In this document: positions 23,175 to 32,870 of the stretch, in pieces
How positions within the stretch are numbered: the stretch's first letter is position 1
Layout: every line of letters starts with the position of its first letter
Origin: a virus
Lineage: Duplodnaviria; Caudoviricetes
IMG/VR virus record: IMGVR_UViG_3300032011_004028
Coordinates: 10,896 to 74,895 of that record
Strand: one strand, 5' to 3'
Length of the DNA: 64,000 bases
Notes under the pieces: generated by a model
Database searches by the model: none
The model's input: the letters and a program-made list of their open reading frames with translations, nothing else
What the model was told of the DNA's origin: nothing
Position numbers and translations under genes: made by a program

Positions 23175-26100
23175 GACTTAGGGATACTGCTGACTAACAT
23201 TGTGGTTCCGTCTGGGAACTTAGTTCTGGTGACTAAAAAGATAATTCCACCTACATTTTCTTCCATAGTGTAATTTGTCGTGCTGCCTTGAGGTGGAGCA
23301 GGGGCCATTGCGCCTGTGGAGATGATATTGTAGTTTATTCCTTCTGTTCCTACTCTTACTCCAACATGTATAAGAGCAGGTTCACTATCACTGTTTCGTA
23401 CCCCGGATGAAGTCATCCCAAGATGAGACGCGTAAGTACTTACCCCATCGCCTACCAGTTCGAGAAAATTCTCTCCTACAAACTCCAGATCATAAGGGAG
23501 AGCAACCTGAGCTTCATTCGAATTCCCCGACACATATTGTGAAGGCTCCCTATTTTGACCATTTATTAAATTGTACCCTGTCACCCTGTCTAAGTACTGC
23601 CCACTTAAATTAATAAGCCCTCCTTGCTGAACCGTGACGGGGTGAAATCCGGTGACACAAAAAGAGTCCCCTGTGATAGCAAGCGAGCCGCCGTTTCCTG
23701 TTCCATAAAAGCTTAACTTTTTATCGACTATACTATAAGCATGCGAGGGAGCGCCCAGATCGCTATCTCCTAGTACGGCTCCTGTTATAGTGGGAGAAGG
23801 AAGCTGAAAATCAGCGTAAGAAGTGTTTAAGGTATACTCGCTTGGAGTATAAAGAAGATCCCCGGTCCCTACAGAAGGCGCAGTTGAGATGTACGACTGA
23901 GTCCACCATGGATCAATTATAAAAGGGGTGCCTGTCTCTATGGCTTCCCTCGGAAACTCCACCTCTATCTTTGTATAAAAGGTATTAGCGACTCCCCCTA
24001 TAGTAGCTGTTCCCGTGGAATAACTTTTTATACCGAAAGGCTCTTCGTAACCGGGCGCGGGCGGTGCCATCACTACTCCGACATGGGGGTACACGGGATT
24101 TCTCCACCCACTAAATCCCACAATCTTCACACCACTTCCACTTTCCGAAATGGATGAAACAGAGCCGATATTAGGGTCAAATGAATTAATACCTGTGATA
24201 GAGACGACGGTGTTAGGGGAAACTTGCCTATGCAAGTTCAACCCTTCCATGCCTGTGACGACCCCCACGGGGTAAAAAGGATTACTATCTATCGCATTGG
24301 ACCTTCCTGTCACTCTTATATCCCCTTCTATTATTCCTGTTGGAACTTGAGTTTCTAGGGCGTAGGCGCCATCACTTAAAAGGGTTGTTGAGTGAGCCGT
24401 CGTCTTAATGTATCCTCCAGTTGGAGAAACGAATAGAAAGTCCATGCCACTAATGTTATAGCCCGTCATTTTCATCGTTTCGGCAGGAGCTAAATAATTA
24501 TCAAAGCCTGAAACACTAATTAAATTGATCCCGGTAGGGTTACTGTCAGTGACCCTACCTAAAGAATCTAAAAGTTGGAACTTACCACTTGCCCCATTGA
24601 TGGCATTGGGCACTTCTAACCCTAAAACAGAATAATTCTGCTCAACAAAATTACTGAAATCTAAAGAACCAGACTGCCCAGAGAATCTTACACCTGTGAC
24701 AAGGTTCATACGTGCTCCCGAAATAGTTAGCCGGTCTCCTTCCGCGAAGACCTGTTCGTAATCAATTATATTAGGAGCCCTAACTCCACTGTAATAACCG
24801 CTTATATCTGGCGCACTTGGGGTGACACTTAGGAATCCCGTCGACTCAACAAATCCGCCGCTAGTAGCTATTGATATGAGGTCGCTTTGAGTATTTGGTG
24901 GGATGGTAAAACGAAACCCAGTGGTGCCAGTTTGGGTGAAGTCGCTAACGGTAGAAAGACCCACCGACAAACCACTCTCCACAATATTTTCTAAATGGCC
25001 CGAAACCGTTATGACTTCTCCAAATTCTCCACTTAAGGGCTCAAACCCACTGATAAAAGGAGTACTTAATACGGTTATGTGAGAATCAGCGTCTGTATGC
25101 GGAGATGCACTCCTCCTGTTACGTGCTCTTAGTCGATATTCAATTCCTGTCTCGAAACTGGCGGGGTATTGGAATTTCAATACGTCGTGATTGGTTAAAT
25201 CATACCCGCTCACAGGCAGGTTCGAGTAATACTTAAAGGTCGACGTAGGACCTGTACCTGTCCATAATTCTAGAGTAGTACCACTATATAGACACGTTCC
25301 CTCAAACAATCCAGTGACACCGGGCACGACTTCGATAGACGGGGTTACGGAAGAGACTGTAGGATTTCCGAATACAAAAAAGATATTTTCCCCAGTAACC
25401 GATCCATAAAAACCAGAGAGAACCATATCGAAAGATTCTCCGTAGCTACTCCCCAAACTAGCGGCGCTTCCTATCTCAAAAGCTAGCTCAAAACCGGGGG
25501 AAATCTCGGCTATCGACCCAGCATCATATGTCCCAATACCCACGTTTGAGTATGGGGTAAAATTTACGCCGGTTATTCCATAAAGGTCATTTCCCTTTAT
25601 AGTTACGGTGTCCCCCTGTATACCGGAAGATGGTGTGATGCTTGTAATTTTAGGTAAACCTATAGTTGGCGTAAAATAAGACTCCGATGGATAGCTTTCG
25701 GGATAATTGTCAGAAAATAACGTGACTAACCCAGATGATACCTCAGGGCTTATCCCCACATTCCCTCCAGAGGTGGCAATAGGGATACCTGTAGGGATTA
25801 GACCGGAAACAAGAGTGTCGCTAATTAATTTAAACTCACCCGTTTGACCCATTATTGAGCCGAGATAGTTACTCCCTGTTTTATACAAGATGCCCGTAGT
25901 AAAATTTTCTCCTGATACTAACAACAAGGTTCCCGTACTTCCTGCCGGTTTAGAAGCGTTAACCCCTACGGTTGAATATGCTGTTCCCGTAATTCGAGCC
26001 AATGGAGATAAAGGGAAATCGTCTATTGGGGAAACCTGACCGCTCTGCAAAAGCAAATCAGCTTTACCACGAATATTCCCAGAAGGAACAATGGCTGTAA

Positions 26101-26740
26101 CGGTATTAGGCGAAAGAGTTGTAGCGGCAATTAAATTATTATTTTGAGCAAAGCGAATCCCGGTAACCCCACTCAAGGAGAACCCTGTAATAAATAACGA
26201 TTCTCCCGAAGCTAACTGATAAGAGTTAAGGCCTGAAATTGCAGGGATAGGAACGAATTCATCCACGCTAAGACCACTAGCCAACGTTTGATTACCATTT
26301 AACCCGGTCCGTAAGGAAGAAAAGACGGTGACCCCCCTATAGTCTGCGTCTTGAGGAACCACTGACTCGATAGTATTAGGGTCTACTAACTGAAAACTAC
26401 TTTCTACATCTCCAAATTTTACATTAGTTATTTGATAAAAATTTTCTCCTGAAATTGTAAAGATATTACCAGCTGCCCCGCTTATCGAAGGAAGAGTTCC
26501 GACTAAAACCTGATCATCTGTTGTCAAAATAATATCCTGCACTCCTAATGAAAAGGTCCCATGAGAAGTTAAGGCTAAAATCTCTTGAGTGTAAGCGTCT
26601 AAAGGGACTGTGCCGGATATTCCTGTTGCGCCTATGAGCTCAAGATCCGTAACGAAACTCTCTCCAAACTTAACGTCACGGATGAAGTTGAGGTTACTTC
26701 CGCTTATCGAGAATGGGGTATTTGGACTTAAATACGACAT
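23171..26740 (-). CDS. IPT/TIG (Ig-like) repeat protein, probably virion-associated
   Basis: About 10-11 repeats of PxIxxxxPxxGxxGxxIxIxGxNFxxVTxVxF. Last gene of the tube-paralogue operon. Confidence 0.7.
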   Translation of the reverse strand: MSYLSPNTPFSISGSNLNFIRDVKFGESFVTDLELIGATGISGTVPLDAYTQEILALTSHGTFSLGVQDIILTTDDQVLVGTLPSISGAAGNIFTISGENFYQITNVKFGDVESSFQLVDPNTIESVVPQDADYRGVTVFSSLRTGLNGNQTLASGLSVDEFVPIPAISGLNSYQLASGESLFITGFSLSGVTGIRFAQNNNLIAATTLSPNTVTAIVPSGNIRGKADLLLQSGQVSPIDDFPLSPLARITGTAYSTVGVNASKPAGSTGTLLLVSGENFTTGILYKTGSNYLGSIMGQTGEFKLISDTLVSGLIPTGIPIATSGGNVGISPEVSSGLVTLFSDNYPESYPSESYFTPTIGLPKITSITPSSGIQGDTVTIKGNDLYGITGVNFTPYSNVGIGTYDAGSIAEISPGFELAFEIGSAASLGSSYGESFDMVLSGFYGSVTGENIFFVFGNPTVSSVTPSIEVVPGVTGLFEGTCLYSGTTLELWTGTGPTSTFKYYSNLPVSGYDLTNHDVLKFQYPASFETGIEYRLRARNRRSASPHTDADSHITVLSTPFISGFEPLSGEFGEVITVSGHLENIVESGLSVGLSTVSDFTQTGTTGFRFTIPPNTQSDLISIATSGGFVESTGFLSVTPSAPDISGYYSGVRAPNIIDYEQVFAEGDRLTISGARMNLVTGVRFSGQSGSLDFSNFVEQNYSVLGLEVPNAINGASGKFQLLDSLGRVTDSNPTGINLISVSGFDNYLAPAETMKMTGYNISGMDFLFVSPTGGYIKTTAHSTTLLSDGAYALETQVPTGIIEGDIRVTGRSNAIDSNPFYPVGVVTGMEGLNLHRQVSPNTVVSITGINSFDPNIGSVSSISESGSGVKIVGFSGWRNPVYPHVGVVMAPPAPGYEEPFGIKSYSTGTATIGGVANTFYTKIEVEFPREAIETGTPFIIDPWWTQSYISTAPSVGTGDLLYTPSEYTLNTSYADFQLPSPTITGAVLGDSDLGAPSHAYSIVDKKLSFYGTGNGGSLAITGDSFCVTGFHPVTVQQGGLINLSGQYLDRVTGYNLINGQNREPSQYVSGNSNEAQVALPYDLEFVGENFLELVGDGVSTYASHLGMTSSGVRNSDSEPALIHVGVRVGTEGINYNIISTGAMAPAPPQGSTTNYTMEENVGGIIFLVTRTKFPDGTTMLVSSIPKS

Positions 26741-26743
26741 TTT

Positions 26744-27610
26744 TTATCCTTGGAACGTAGTGCTCCCCATTCCGACATTCCCTCCCGCTGAATTAAACAG
26801 GATCACCGGATTTACTATTTTTATTTGACTATCATTTTGGATAACGTTAATGCTTTGCTTAATATAAGCTCCCGCAGCAGAAGCTAAATTGCGAGATTGC
26901 ATAACTCCCGAACATGAAAAAACATCTAAATTGGTAAAGTCATTGACCGCTCCTCCTCTTAATTTAACTTCTATTTTAGCCTCACTTCCGTCAACGGGGA
27001 GATTCCCAGTCGGGTTATCTACTTCAAAATTCATGCTTGTAGTTTTTTTACCAAAGCTAATACTACTAGGTTTAGTTTCCCCCATTAAATAAACAGGAGC
27101 TACTTCCGAACTATAATTATACCCCCCCGCAATAAAATTGTTTATTATGTCTGTCTCAAAGTCTGAAGTTACCGCAATTCTGGAAGTGTTCAATACGGTA
27201 GCCGCTTGGGCTTGCTCCTCTGTGGGCGTAAACGTTCCTTGGAGATCGTCAAAAAAAGCAATAGACACACTCGCTGTGACCGGGGAATTAGGCGAAAAGT
27301 CGACGTTATAGGAAGTCAAATATCCACTATCAAAATTCAACCCCCCAAAGTTTCCAGAGATGGTTTGGCTGGCGCTTTGAGGAATTTCCCCTTGCCCAGT
27401 GATAAAAGATTTAAAATAATCATTCCCCGTTAAAAAATAATTGAACTGCAGTGACCCCGCAATACCGTTAGACGCTGCATAAAAGTTAGTGTTTCTATCC
27501 CCTATTACATAATTAGCCTCAAGAGAAGCACTTAAAGAAAGAGAAGCATTAGAGGCTAGTATTTCTGTCCCATTGATTTTAAGAGTGGCGTTGTTTGCGG
27601 AATATAGCAC
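26744..27610 (-). CDS. Tail-tube-like protein, paralogue P1 (duplicated tube domain, T5 p140-like size)
   Basis: Two repeats (LASNASLSLSASLEANYVIG and NYSSEVAPVYLMG); GYLTSYNVDFSPNSPVTASVS resembles the major tube GFITSYSTEASVGGLPTASVS. Confidence 0.6.
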   Translation of the reverse strand: MLYSANNATLKINGTEILASNASLSLSASLEANYVIGDRNTNFYAASNGIAGSLQFNYFLTGNDYFKSFITGQGEIPQSASQTISGNFGGLNFDSGYLTSYNVDFSPNSPVTASVSIAFFDDLQGTFTPTEEQAQAATVLNTSRIAVTSDFETDIINNFIAGGYNYSSEVAPVYLMGETKPSSISFGKKTTSMNFEVDNPTGNLPVDGSEAKIEVKLRGGAVNDFTNLDVFSCSGVMQSRNLASAAGAYIKQSINVIQNDSQIKIVNPVILFNSAGGNVGMGSTTFQG

Positions 27611-27611
27611 A

Positions 27612-28508
27612 TTAATAAGCTGCTGTTAAAGTTTTTTGGCTTCGGATTATATCGTCCAGCCCCGCCGTAGCTGATGTAGAAACCTGTACGCCACTTATCA
27701 TCTTGACCTCCATTTGTTGAAGAGCGTTACCGTCCACACTTCTTAACTCTATTAAATAATCTGCGGGAACTCCTGTGTATGCCAGCCCCGAATTAAATAT
27801 ATCCTCCGCAACGTTTACAGATTCGGAAGCGTTGGTATAAAGAGTTAACTCTGGAAATTCTTGCCCTACCCTGTATATAGGATTGTGACTAAAAGAGATA
27901 GAATAGTCGGCAGAATAAACTACCCCTGCTTGATTCCCCCCTCCTGCAGCTGGCGCGTTAATAGTGGTTTGAAGTCCCTCCACATTTATATATCTACCAT
28001 GGGCAACTCCGGTTGCTACCGCGACCCCTCCGGGATTTGATAAGTTCACAGTGTCCCCGCTAAGCCGACCACTGATAGGAAGACCCTGATGACCATCCCC
28101 GTCTATACCTCCAAAAAAACTAAATGAAGCGCTAGAAGTAGATACGGAATTACTTGCCGTGTTAAAAGCATAAGAGTTTAAAAATCCAATACCGCTTACC
28201 CCCGCGCATTTGACAATAATACCGGAACCCGTAGACCCAATAGAATGCTTTAGACCACTTGCAAGATAGTTTATGACGTTACCTGCATGACCATGTGTAG
28301 AGCCTGTTATACTAGTGAGGAAATTAAAAGATATATCACCCGCTCGTGGTCCTGCTGGCACGTGGCCTAGGCTCCCTTTATTTCCTATCACATAGAGAGG
28401 TTGCAGAGAATTATTGAAGTTTATACTACAATCCGACGCTAAAAGGGTTTCACTCACCCCCGCAACCGTGACTTCTACCGCCGCCTTATCATAAAATACC
28501 TGTGCCAT
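27612..28508 (-). CDS. Tail-tube-like protein, paralogue P2
   Basis: LASDCSINFNNSLQPLYVIG, GFLNSYAFN, YSISFSHNPIYRVG; same two-repeat layout as P1 and P3. Confidence 0.6.
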   Translation of the reverse strand: MAQVFYDKAAVEVTVAGVSETLLASDCSINFNNSLQPLYVIGNKGSLGHVPAGPRAGDISFNFLTSITGSTHGHAGNVINYLASGLKHSIGSTGSGIIVKCAGVSGIGFLNSYAFNTASNSVSTSSASFSFFGGIDGDGHQGLPISGRLSGDTVNLSNPGGVAVATGVAHGRYINVEGLQTTINAPAAGGGNQAGVVYSADYSISFSHNPIYRVGQEFPELTLYTNASESVNVAEDIFNSGLAYTGVPADYLIELRSVDGNALQQMEVKMISGVQVSTSATAGLDDIIRSQKTLTAAY

Positions 28509-28527
28509 ATCCTTTAGTAGTTAGTTA

Positions 28528-28533
28528 TTACAC
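28528..28533 (-). promoter_or_regulatory. GTGTAA motif (candidate late promoter)
   Basis: AAAAGAGTGTAAT, then AAAGGA RBS and ATG at 28508. Confidence 0.6.
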
Positions 28534-28538
28534 TCTTT

Positions 28539-29381
28539 TCACCTCAAAATGAAAGATCTTAAGTTAAAATTAACCCCCGCATTGCCTTGGTCGCTAGCTT
28601 GGAAAGACTCCGAGGTTAAAAGCATATCATCAAAAGAGTACTCTAATAATTTAGTCTGAGAGTTGTTTTTATTCAAAGTTATTTTAGTATTCTTGAAAAC
28701 TGTTTCTTCAGGAACAAACCTCATATTTTTAATCTCGTAGTCATCTACATCTAATACGAAATTCACATTTACCTCCACAGGAGTGCCCGCTATCACTCCC
28801 GTCGGGACATCCAAGCCCACAGCATAGAGAGGAACCCGAGGGGTAGCTATTTCAATACTGAAAGAAAGCATCCTATTAGTATTGAATTCACCCAAATTCA
28901 CTTCCATTGAATTGTAACTGGGGATACTCAGGACCGGCTCCGTTGGACTTCCCTGCTCCCAAGACGAAACGTAATTTCCTGTACCCATTTGTCCATAAAT
29001 AACGGAGGTGGTTGATGTACTCGGTACCTCCCCGATACCGCATGACATAGTGTAGGTCTCCAAATAAGCTTCCGTAAAGTCGATTCTCTCACTTCCATAC
29101 CTTACTATTCCACTAAAAGATAAATCTCCGGTAAAATTCAGTAGCGGGTCAGAGGCCGTTATGTCACTATAATTTTCTGGATAATAGTGAGTAAGAAGCG
29201 TATTCAGCTGCAAACTTGCCGTCTGGGGGCCTTGAGGAGCGTATTTTATGCTATTTATACCTAAATTAGAGAGCGGAGATCCAGCTACTGAGTCATAACT
29301 TAACTGAGCAGAGGTTAAACTCTGTATCCCCGTGCCGTTAATAGTAACGTTCTCCGCATTTCGCCTAATTCTTCCTAACAT
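28539..29381 (-). CDS. Tail-tube-like protein, paralogue P3
   Basis: RMLSFSIEIATPRVPLYAVG...PVEV and LLTSESFQAS align with the major tube IQSYNVSFDLSRTPIERLG...PITS and LKLDSESFTSS. Confidence 0.65.
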   Translation of the reverse strand: MLGRIRRNAENVTINGTGIQSLTSAQLSYDSVAGSPLSNLGINSIKYAPQGPQTASLQLNTLLTHYYPENYSDITASDPLLNFTGDLSFSGIVRYGSERIDFTEAYLETYTMSCGIGEVPSTSTTSVIYGQMGTGNYVSSWEQGSPTEPVLSIPSYNSMEVNLGEFNTNRMLSFSIEIATPRVPLYAVGLDVPTGVIAGTPVEVNVNFVLDVDDYEIKNMRFVPEETVFKNTKITLNKNNSQTKLLEYSFDDMLLTSESFQASDQGNAGVNFNLRSFILR

Positions 29382-29396
29382 TGCCTTATCTTTATT

Positions 29397-29418
29397 TTAC
29401 ACTTCTTTTTACGTGTAA
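29397..29418. promoter_or_regulatory. Back-to-back divergent GTGTAA motifs (TTACAC-N10-GTGTAA)
   Basis: TTACAC at 29397-29402 and GTGTAA at 29413-29418. Each is followed by an A-rich leader with TAAGG before an ATG (29381 on -, 29443 on +). Confidence 0.7.
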
Positions 29419-29442
29419 TATAATAAAAAGGAATAAGGAAGT

Positions 29443-30030
29443 ATGGCATTTGACAATAGCGTTTATAATGTGGAGAAGTGGATCTCGGGTAAATCGTATT
29501 CAAAAAACGATATCGTCGCTCGCATAGAGTACGTAGGAGGCACTGCAAGCCTTAACCGTGTCCCTCGAAACATTAAGTATTATTACAATTTAACCGGTGC
29601 TAATACCTCCACAGCTCCCGAAAATGACGCGACGAACTGGGGAGGATACACCTCTGTTAATAACAAAGAAATCCCCTTTTTCCTTTGGAAACCTTCTTAT
29701 AATATCTCCACAAGGCACAACCCCCGGGTTAATGTAGTTCAATTTGGTAATGGCTACGAGCAACGTAATCCAAATGGCCTCTTTAGCCAATTAATAACTT
29801 TAGATATAAATTTCGAGAAAAGAACTGAAGACGAGGCTCGGGCTATTATCCATTTTTTAAAGGCCCGGAAGGCTGTGGAAAGCTTTGCAATAAAAGAACT
29901 ACCTAATTTATACGCCGATAATACGGCTGGAGGATGGAAAAAAAGGTTCGTATGCCCTACTTTTAATAGTAATTATATTTTTTATAACAACTACAGCGTC
30001 ACAGCAACCTTTAATCAAGAAAATAACTAA
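29443..30030 (+). CDS. Lambda gpM-like distal tail protein with N-terminal CBM5/12-like module
   Basis: FLWKPSY...VVQFGNGYEQRNPNGL...ARAIIHFLKARKAVESF (gpM family); N-terminal WISGKSYSKNDIV...TAPENDATNW. Confidence 0.8.
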   Translation: MAFDNSVYNVEKWISGKSYSKNDIVARIEYVGGTASLNRVPRNIKYYYNLTGANTSTAPENDATNWGGYTSVNNKEIPFFLWKPSYNISTRHNPRVNVVQFGNGYEQRNPNGLFSQLITLDINFEKRTEDEARAIIHFLKARKAVESFAIKELPNLYADNTAGGWKKRFVCPTFNSNYIFYNNYSVTATFNQENN

Positions 30031-30038
30031 AAATTTTC

Positions 30039-31289
30039 ATGAATAAAAGCCAAGCACACTCTTCGATTAAATCTCTCGCTCATGAAATGAGCAATTTGAC
30101 GCCTTCTGCAATGGTGACCCTGTTTGAAATAGATCTTAGCGATATTTTAGATGCCGCGTCTCAACCGTCCCTTCAGGCTGAAGCGGCGAACATGGGTTTC
30201 CCCGGCGCTGTAGATAAGATCTTACGCTTTCATAATAATATTAAGGTCTTTAATTCCAAAATTATATGGAATGGCGAAGACTACTGGCCAGTACCGATCC
30301 AAGGGAGTGGTTTTGAAACTTCCAGCAAGGGAGCGCTTCCCACCCCTACTCTTACTATAGCCAGTCAAAGTAGTGAAGCTGTCACTCTTTTAACGCTGTT
30401 GAAGCATTCTATTCTAAAGTTTGGGGATATCATCGGGGCAAAAGTGACCAGAAGACGTACCTTCGCCAAATATTTAGATTGGGAGAATTTTGATTTCAAT
30501 ACAATTATAAGATCCAATCCTCGTGACAGAGTTTTCTCACCCAGAATGCAAGAACTTCCCGAGGGGTATGAACCAGATCCTAACGCCGAGCTCCCTCAGG
30601 ACATTTACTATATCGAAAGAAAGACTTCGGAGAACAAGAATACTCTTCAATACCAACTTTCCTCTAGTCTGGATCTTGAAGGGGTAAAAATCCCCCGCCG
30701 CGTCATTATCTCGGATAGATGCAATTGGGAATACCGAGGCCCGGGATGTTGGTATGAATGTGTAAATAAAAGTGAAATTGAAGATGGGAAACAAGGTGTT
30801 CCCGTCTTACAGAAAGCCCAGCTTTCAACCCACCAAATAACATTACCAGACCATGCTCCCCCTGTAGCAACCGACAATGACGAACTAATAAAATCTATTA
30901 CAGGAAATACGGCTGGTTACAAAGGGTCAGTGCTGGATGAATGGGACCGCGACCAACAAGCAACAAATTCAACAGGAGGGATCATAAAAGATGTTAGCTA
31001 CTCGAAGGATGAAGTAGTATATATAATTAAAGACAAGATCAAATACTATTTCGTGGCTAAAGGAGATGTCCCCCTTGCTACCCCTCCCCCTAATAGCGAT
31101 TATTGGATCGCGGACGAGTGCTCCAAAACGTTACGTGGCTGCAGATTAAGATGGGGGGTCAATGGGCAGGCGGCCACGGGAGGTGGCTGCCTTATTGGAG
31201 GGGACGCTGGAAGAGATGAAAATTCTAAAGCTGGAGGCCTCCCTTTTGGAGGGTTCCCTGCTGCGCGGAAAGTAGCCCGAGGAGGATAA
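30039..31289 (+). CDS. Lambda gpL-like tail-tip protein (4Fe-4S cysteine set)
   Basis: YWPVPIQGSGFETSSKGALPTPTL, VTRRRTFAKYLD, DRCNWEYRGPGC, DECSKTLRGCRLRW, LPFGGFP. Confidence 0.9.
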   Translation: MNKSQAHSSIKSLAHEMSNLTPSAMVTLFEIDLSDILDAASQPSLQAEAANMGFPGAVDKILRFHNNIKVFNSKIIWNGEDYWPVPIQGSGFETSSKGALPTPTLTIASQSSEAVTLLTLLKHSILKFGDIIGAKVTRRRTFAKYLDWENFDFNTIIRSNPRDRVFSPRMQELPEGYEPDPNAELPQDIYYIERKTSENKNTLQYQLSSSLDLEGVKIPRRVIISDRCNWEYRGPGCWYECVNKSEIEDGKQGVPVLQKAQLSTHQITLPDHAPPVATDNDELIKSITGNTAGYKGSVLDEWDRDQQATNSTGGIIKDVSYSKDEVVYIIKDKIKYYFVAKGDVPLATPPPNSDYWIADECSKTLRGCRLRWGVNGQAATGGGCLIGGDAGRDENSKAGGLPFGGFPAARKVARGG

Positions 31290-32089
31290 TGATGATCGCT
31301 GACTATATTAAAAAACAAATAAGGACCCATGCTCAAGAAAATTCAGAACAGGAATGCTGCGGCTTCGTCTTCGAAAAAGAAGCGTTACAATGTTACAATA
31401 GGTCCGAAAATCCCAGTGCTCACTTCAGTATTTCCCCGCGAGACTATCTCCAAGCGTCTCGCAAAGGGGAGATAAGAGGGGTCTATCATTCTCATATCGG
31501 GAATAATAAAGAATTTTCCATGGAGGATAAACAAATGAGTCATGGACATAACGTACCTTACTTCCTTTACCATTTACCCACAGACAACTTTTTATGCTAC
31601 GATCCTAAAAAAGAAAAAGTCGTAGATATTGATAAAAAATTCGAATTAGGAAAAAGAGATTGCTACACCTTAGTAAAAGATTATTACAAAGACTTAGGGG
31701 TAGAAGTTTCAGGAAACAACGATCTTGGTACTGACTGGTTAGAAAGGAATCCGGACTTAATAGAAAATCTTTTTGATCTTAATAAAATGGACACTGAAAC
31801 GTTGGAGGCTTTAAAAGATAAAGACGACGACCTAACAGGACTGCCCATCTCAAGAATAGAATGGTGCGACTGCCCCTCTTGCGGCCTTAAGCTTCTCAAA
31901 AAACATGACGTATTAGTTTTTGAGTTAATTAAGGGTGCTGGCCCATGTCACGTAGGAGTTTATATAGGAGAAGGAATGATGTACCATCATCCTCGCAAAC
32001 GGTTTCCCACTACTGAAAAGCTTTCGGGGCTCATAAGAAAAAAAATCTTTAAAATATACAGATACAACAATTTAAATGAACAGAGTTAA
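31289..32089 (+). CDS. Lambda gpK-like tail assembly protein (JAB/MPN + NlpC/P60)
   Basis: ECCGFV, YHSH...FSMED (JAMM); GKRDCYTLVKDYY and HVGVYIGEGMMYHH (NlpC/P60). Confidence 0.9.
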   Translation: MMIADYIKKQIRTHAQENSEQECCGFVFEKEALQCYNRSENPSAHFSISPRDYLQASRKGEIRGVYHSHIGNNKEFSMEDKQMSHGHNVPYFLYHLPTDNFLCYDPKKEKVVDIDKKFELGKRDCYTLVKDYYKDLGVEVSGNNDLGTDWLERNPDLIENLFDLNKMDTETLEALKDKDDDLTGLPISRIEWCDCPSCGLKLLKKHDVLVFELIKGAGPCHVGVYIGEGMMYHHPRKRFPTTEKLSGLIRKKIFKIYRYNNLNEQS

Positions 32090-32870
32090 AGTTACATTGC
32101 ATGGAATTCTTGCTGAGCAAGTCGGTGAAAAAGAATGGAATCTTAAAGCGGCGAATGTGCGAGACGCGATAAGGGGGGTCCAGTCTAGTTGTAAAAAATT
32201 CTATACGTGCCTTCTAAATAATGACAAAAAGAATATTAAATATCGCGTTCTAATCAATGAGCAAGATTTCCTTATTGAGGAAGGTAAAGATCCGAGCACT
32301 CCCGAAGGACTGAAATCTTCCCAACTTTGTTTAGAAAAAATCTCAAATTTGAAATCTATTGATATAGTGCCCGTCATAGAAGGCTCTGAGGATTGGTTTG
32401 ATTGGTTCACTATCATCTTGGGGGTAGCCTTAATTTGGATTGGTGCTCCAATGGCTATGGGAGCAGCTGGATGGGGTAGTATGTATGGGGCGGCAGTAGT
32501 AGCAGGTATAGGTCTTGTTGCTGCGGGGGTAGCAAACCTTCTGACTCCTGATCCAGAATTTGATGATTTTAGAGAGATAGAAGGAGGAGGGAGGCCTTCC
32601 TATACTTTTTCGGGACCTCAAAACGTAACTAATGAAGGTGGGCCAGTTTTTGTAGGCTATGGAAGGCTCCTTGTAGGGAGCCAAGTAATACAAGCTTCTA
32701 ACGATATTGCTGATGCTTCAGCCGGAGTTCCTTTTACAAAAAACCCTAATAAAGGTAACAATAATATCGTATGGGGCCGCACAGATTACGGCTTAAGATA
32801 TAATATAAGAGGAACCGACCAAAGGCTCTATAAGAGGATTCTCCAAATCAACAAACCTTTTGCAACATGA
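32076..32870 (+). CDS. Lambda gpI-like tail assembly protein
   Basis: VTLHGILAEQVG, IDIVPVIEGS, hydrophobic Gly-rich segment, SYTFSGPQNVTNEGGPVFVGYGRLLVGSQVI. Confidence 0.85.
   Translation: MNRVKVTLHGILAEQVGEKEWNLKAANVRDAIRGVQSSCKKFYTCLLNNDKKNIKYRVLINEQDFLIEEGKDPSTPEGLKSSQLCLEKISNLKSIDIVPVIEGSEDWFDWFTIILGVALIWIGAPMAMGAAGWGSMYGAAVVAGIGLVAAGVANLLTPDPEFDDFREIEGGGRPSYTFSGPQNVTNEGGPVFVGYGRLLVGSQVIQASNDIADASAGVPFTKNPNKGNNNIVWGRTDYGLRYNIRGTDQRLYKRILQINKPFAT

Noticed and set aside
26744-29381. Contractile injection system / T6SS Hcp cluster
   Set aside because: No sheath, baseplate wedge or VgrG/PAAR genes are visible; the context is a non-contractile lambda-like tip with a long TMP.
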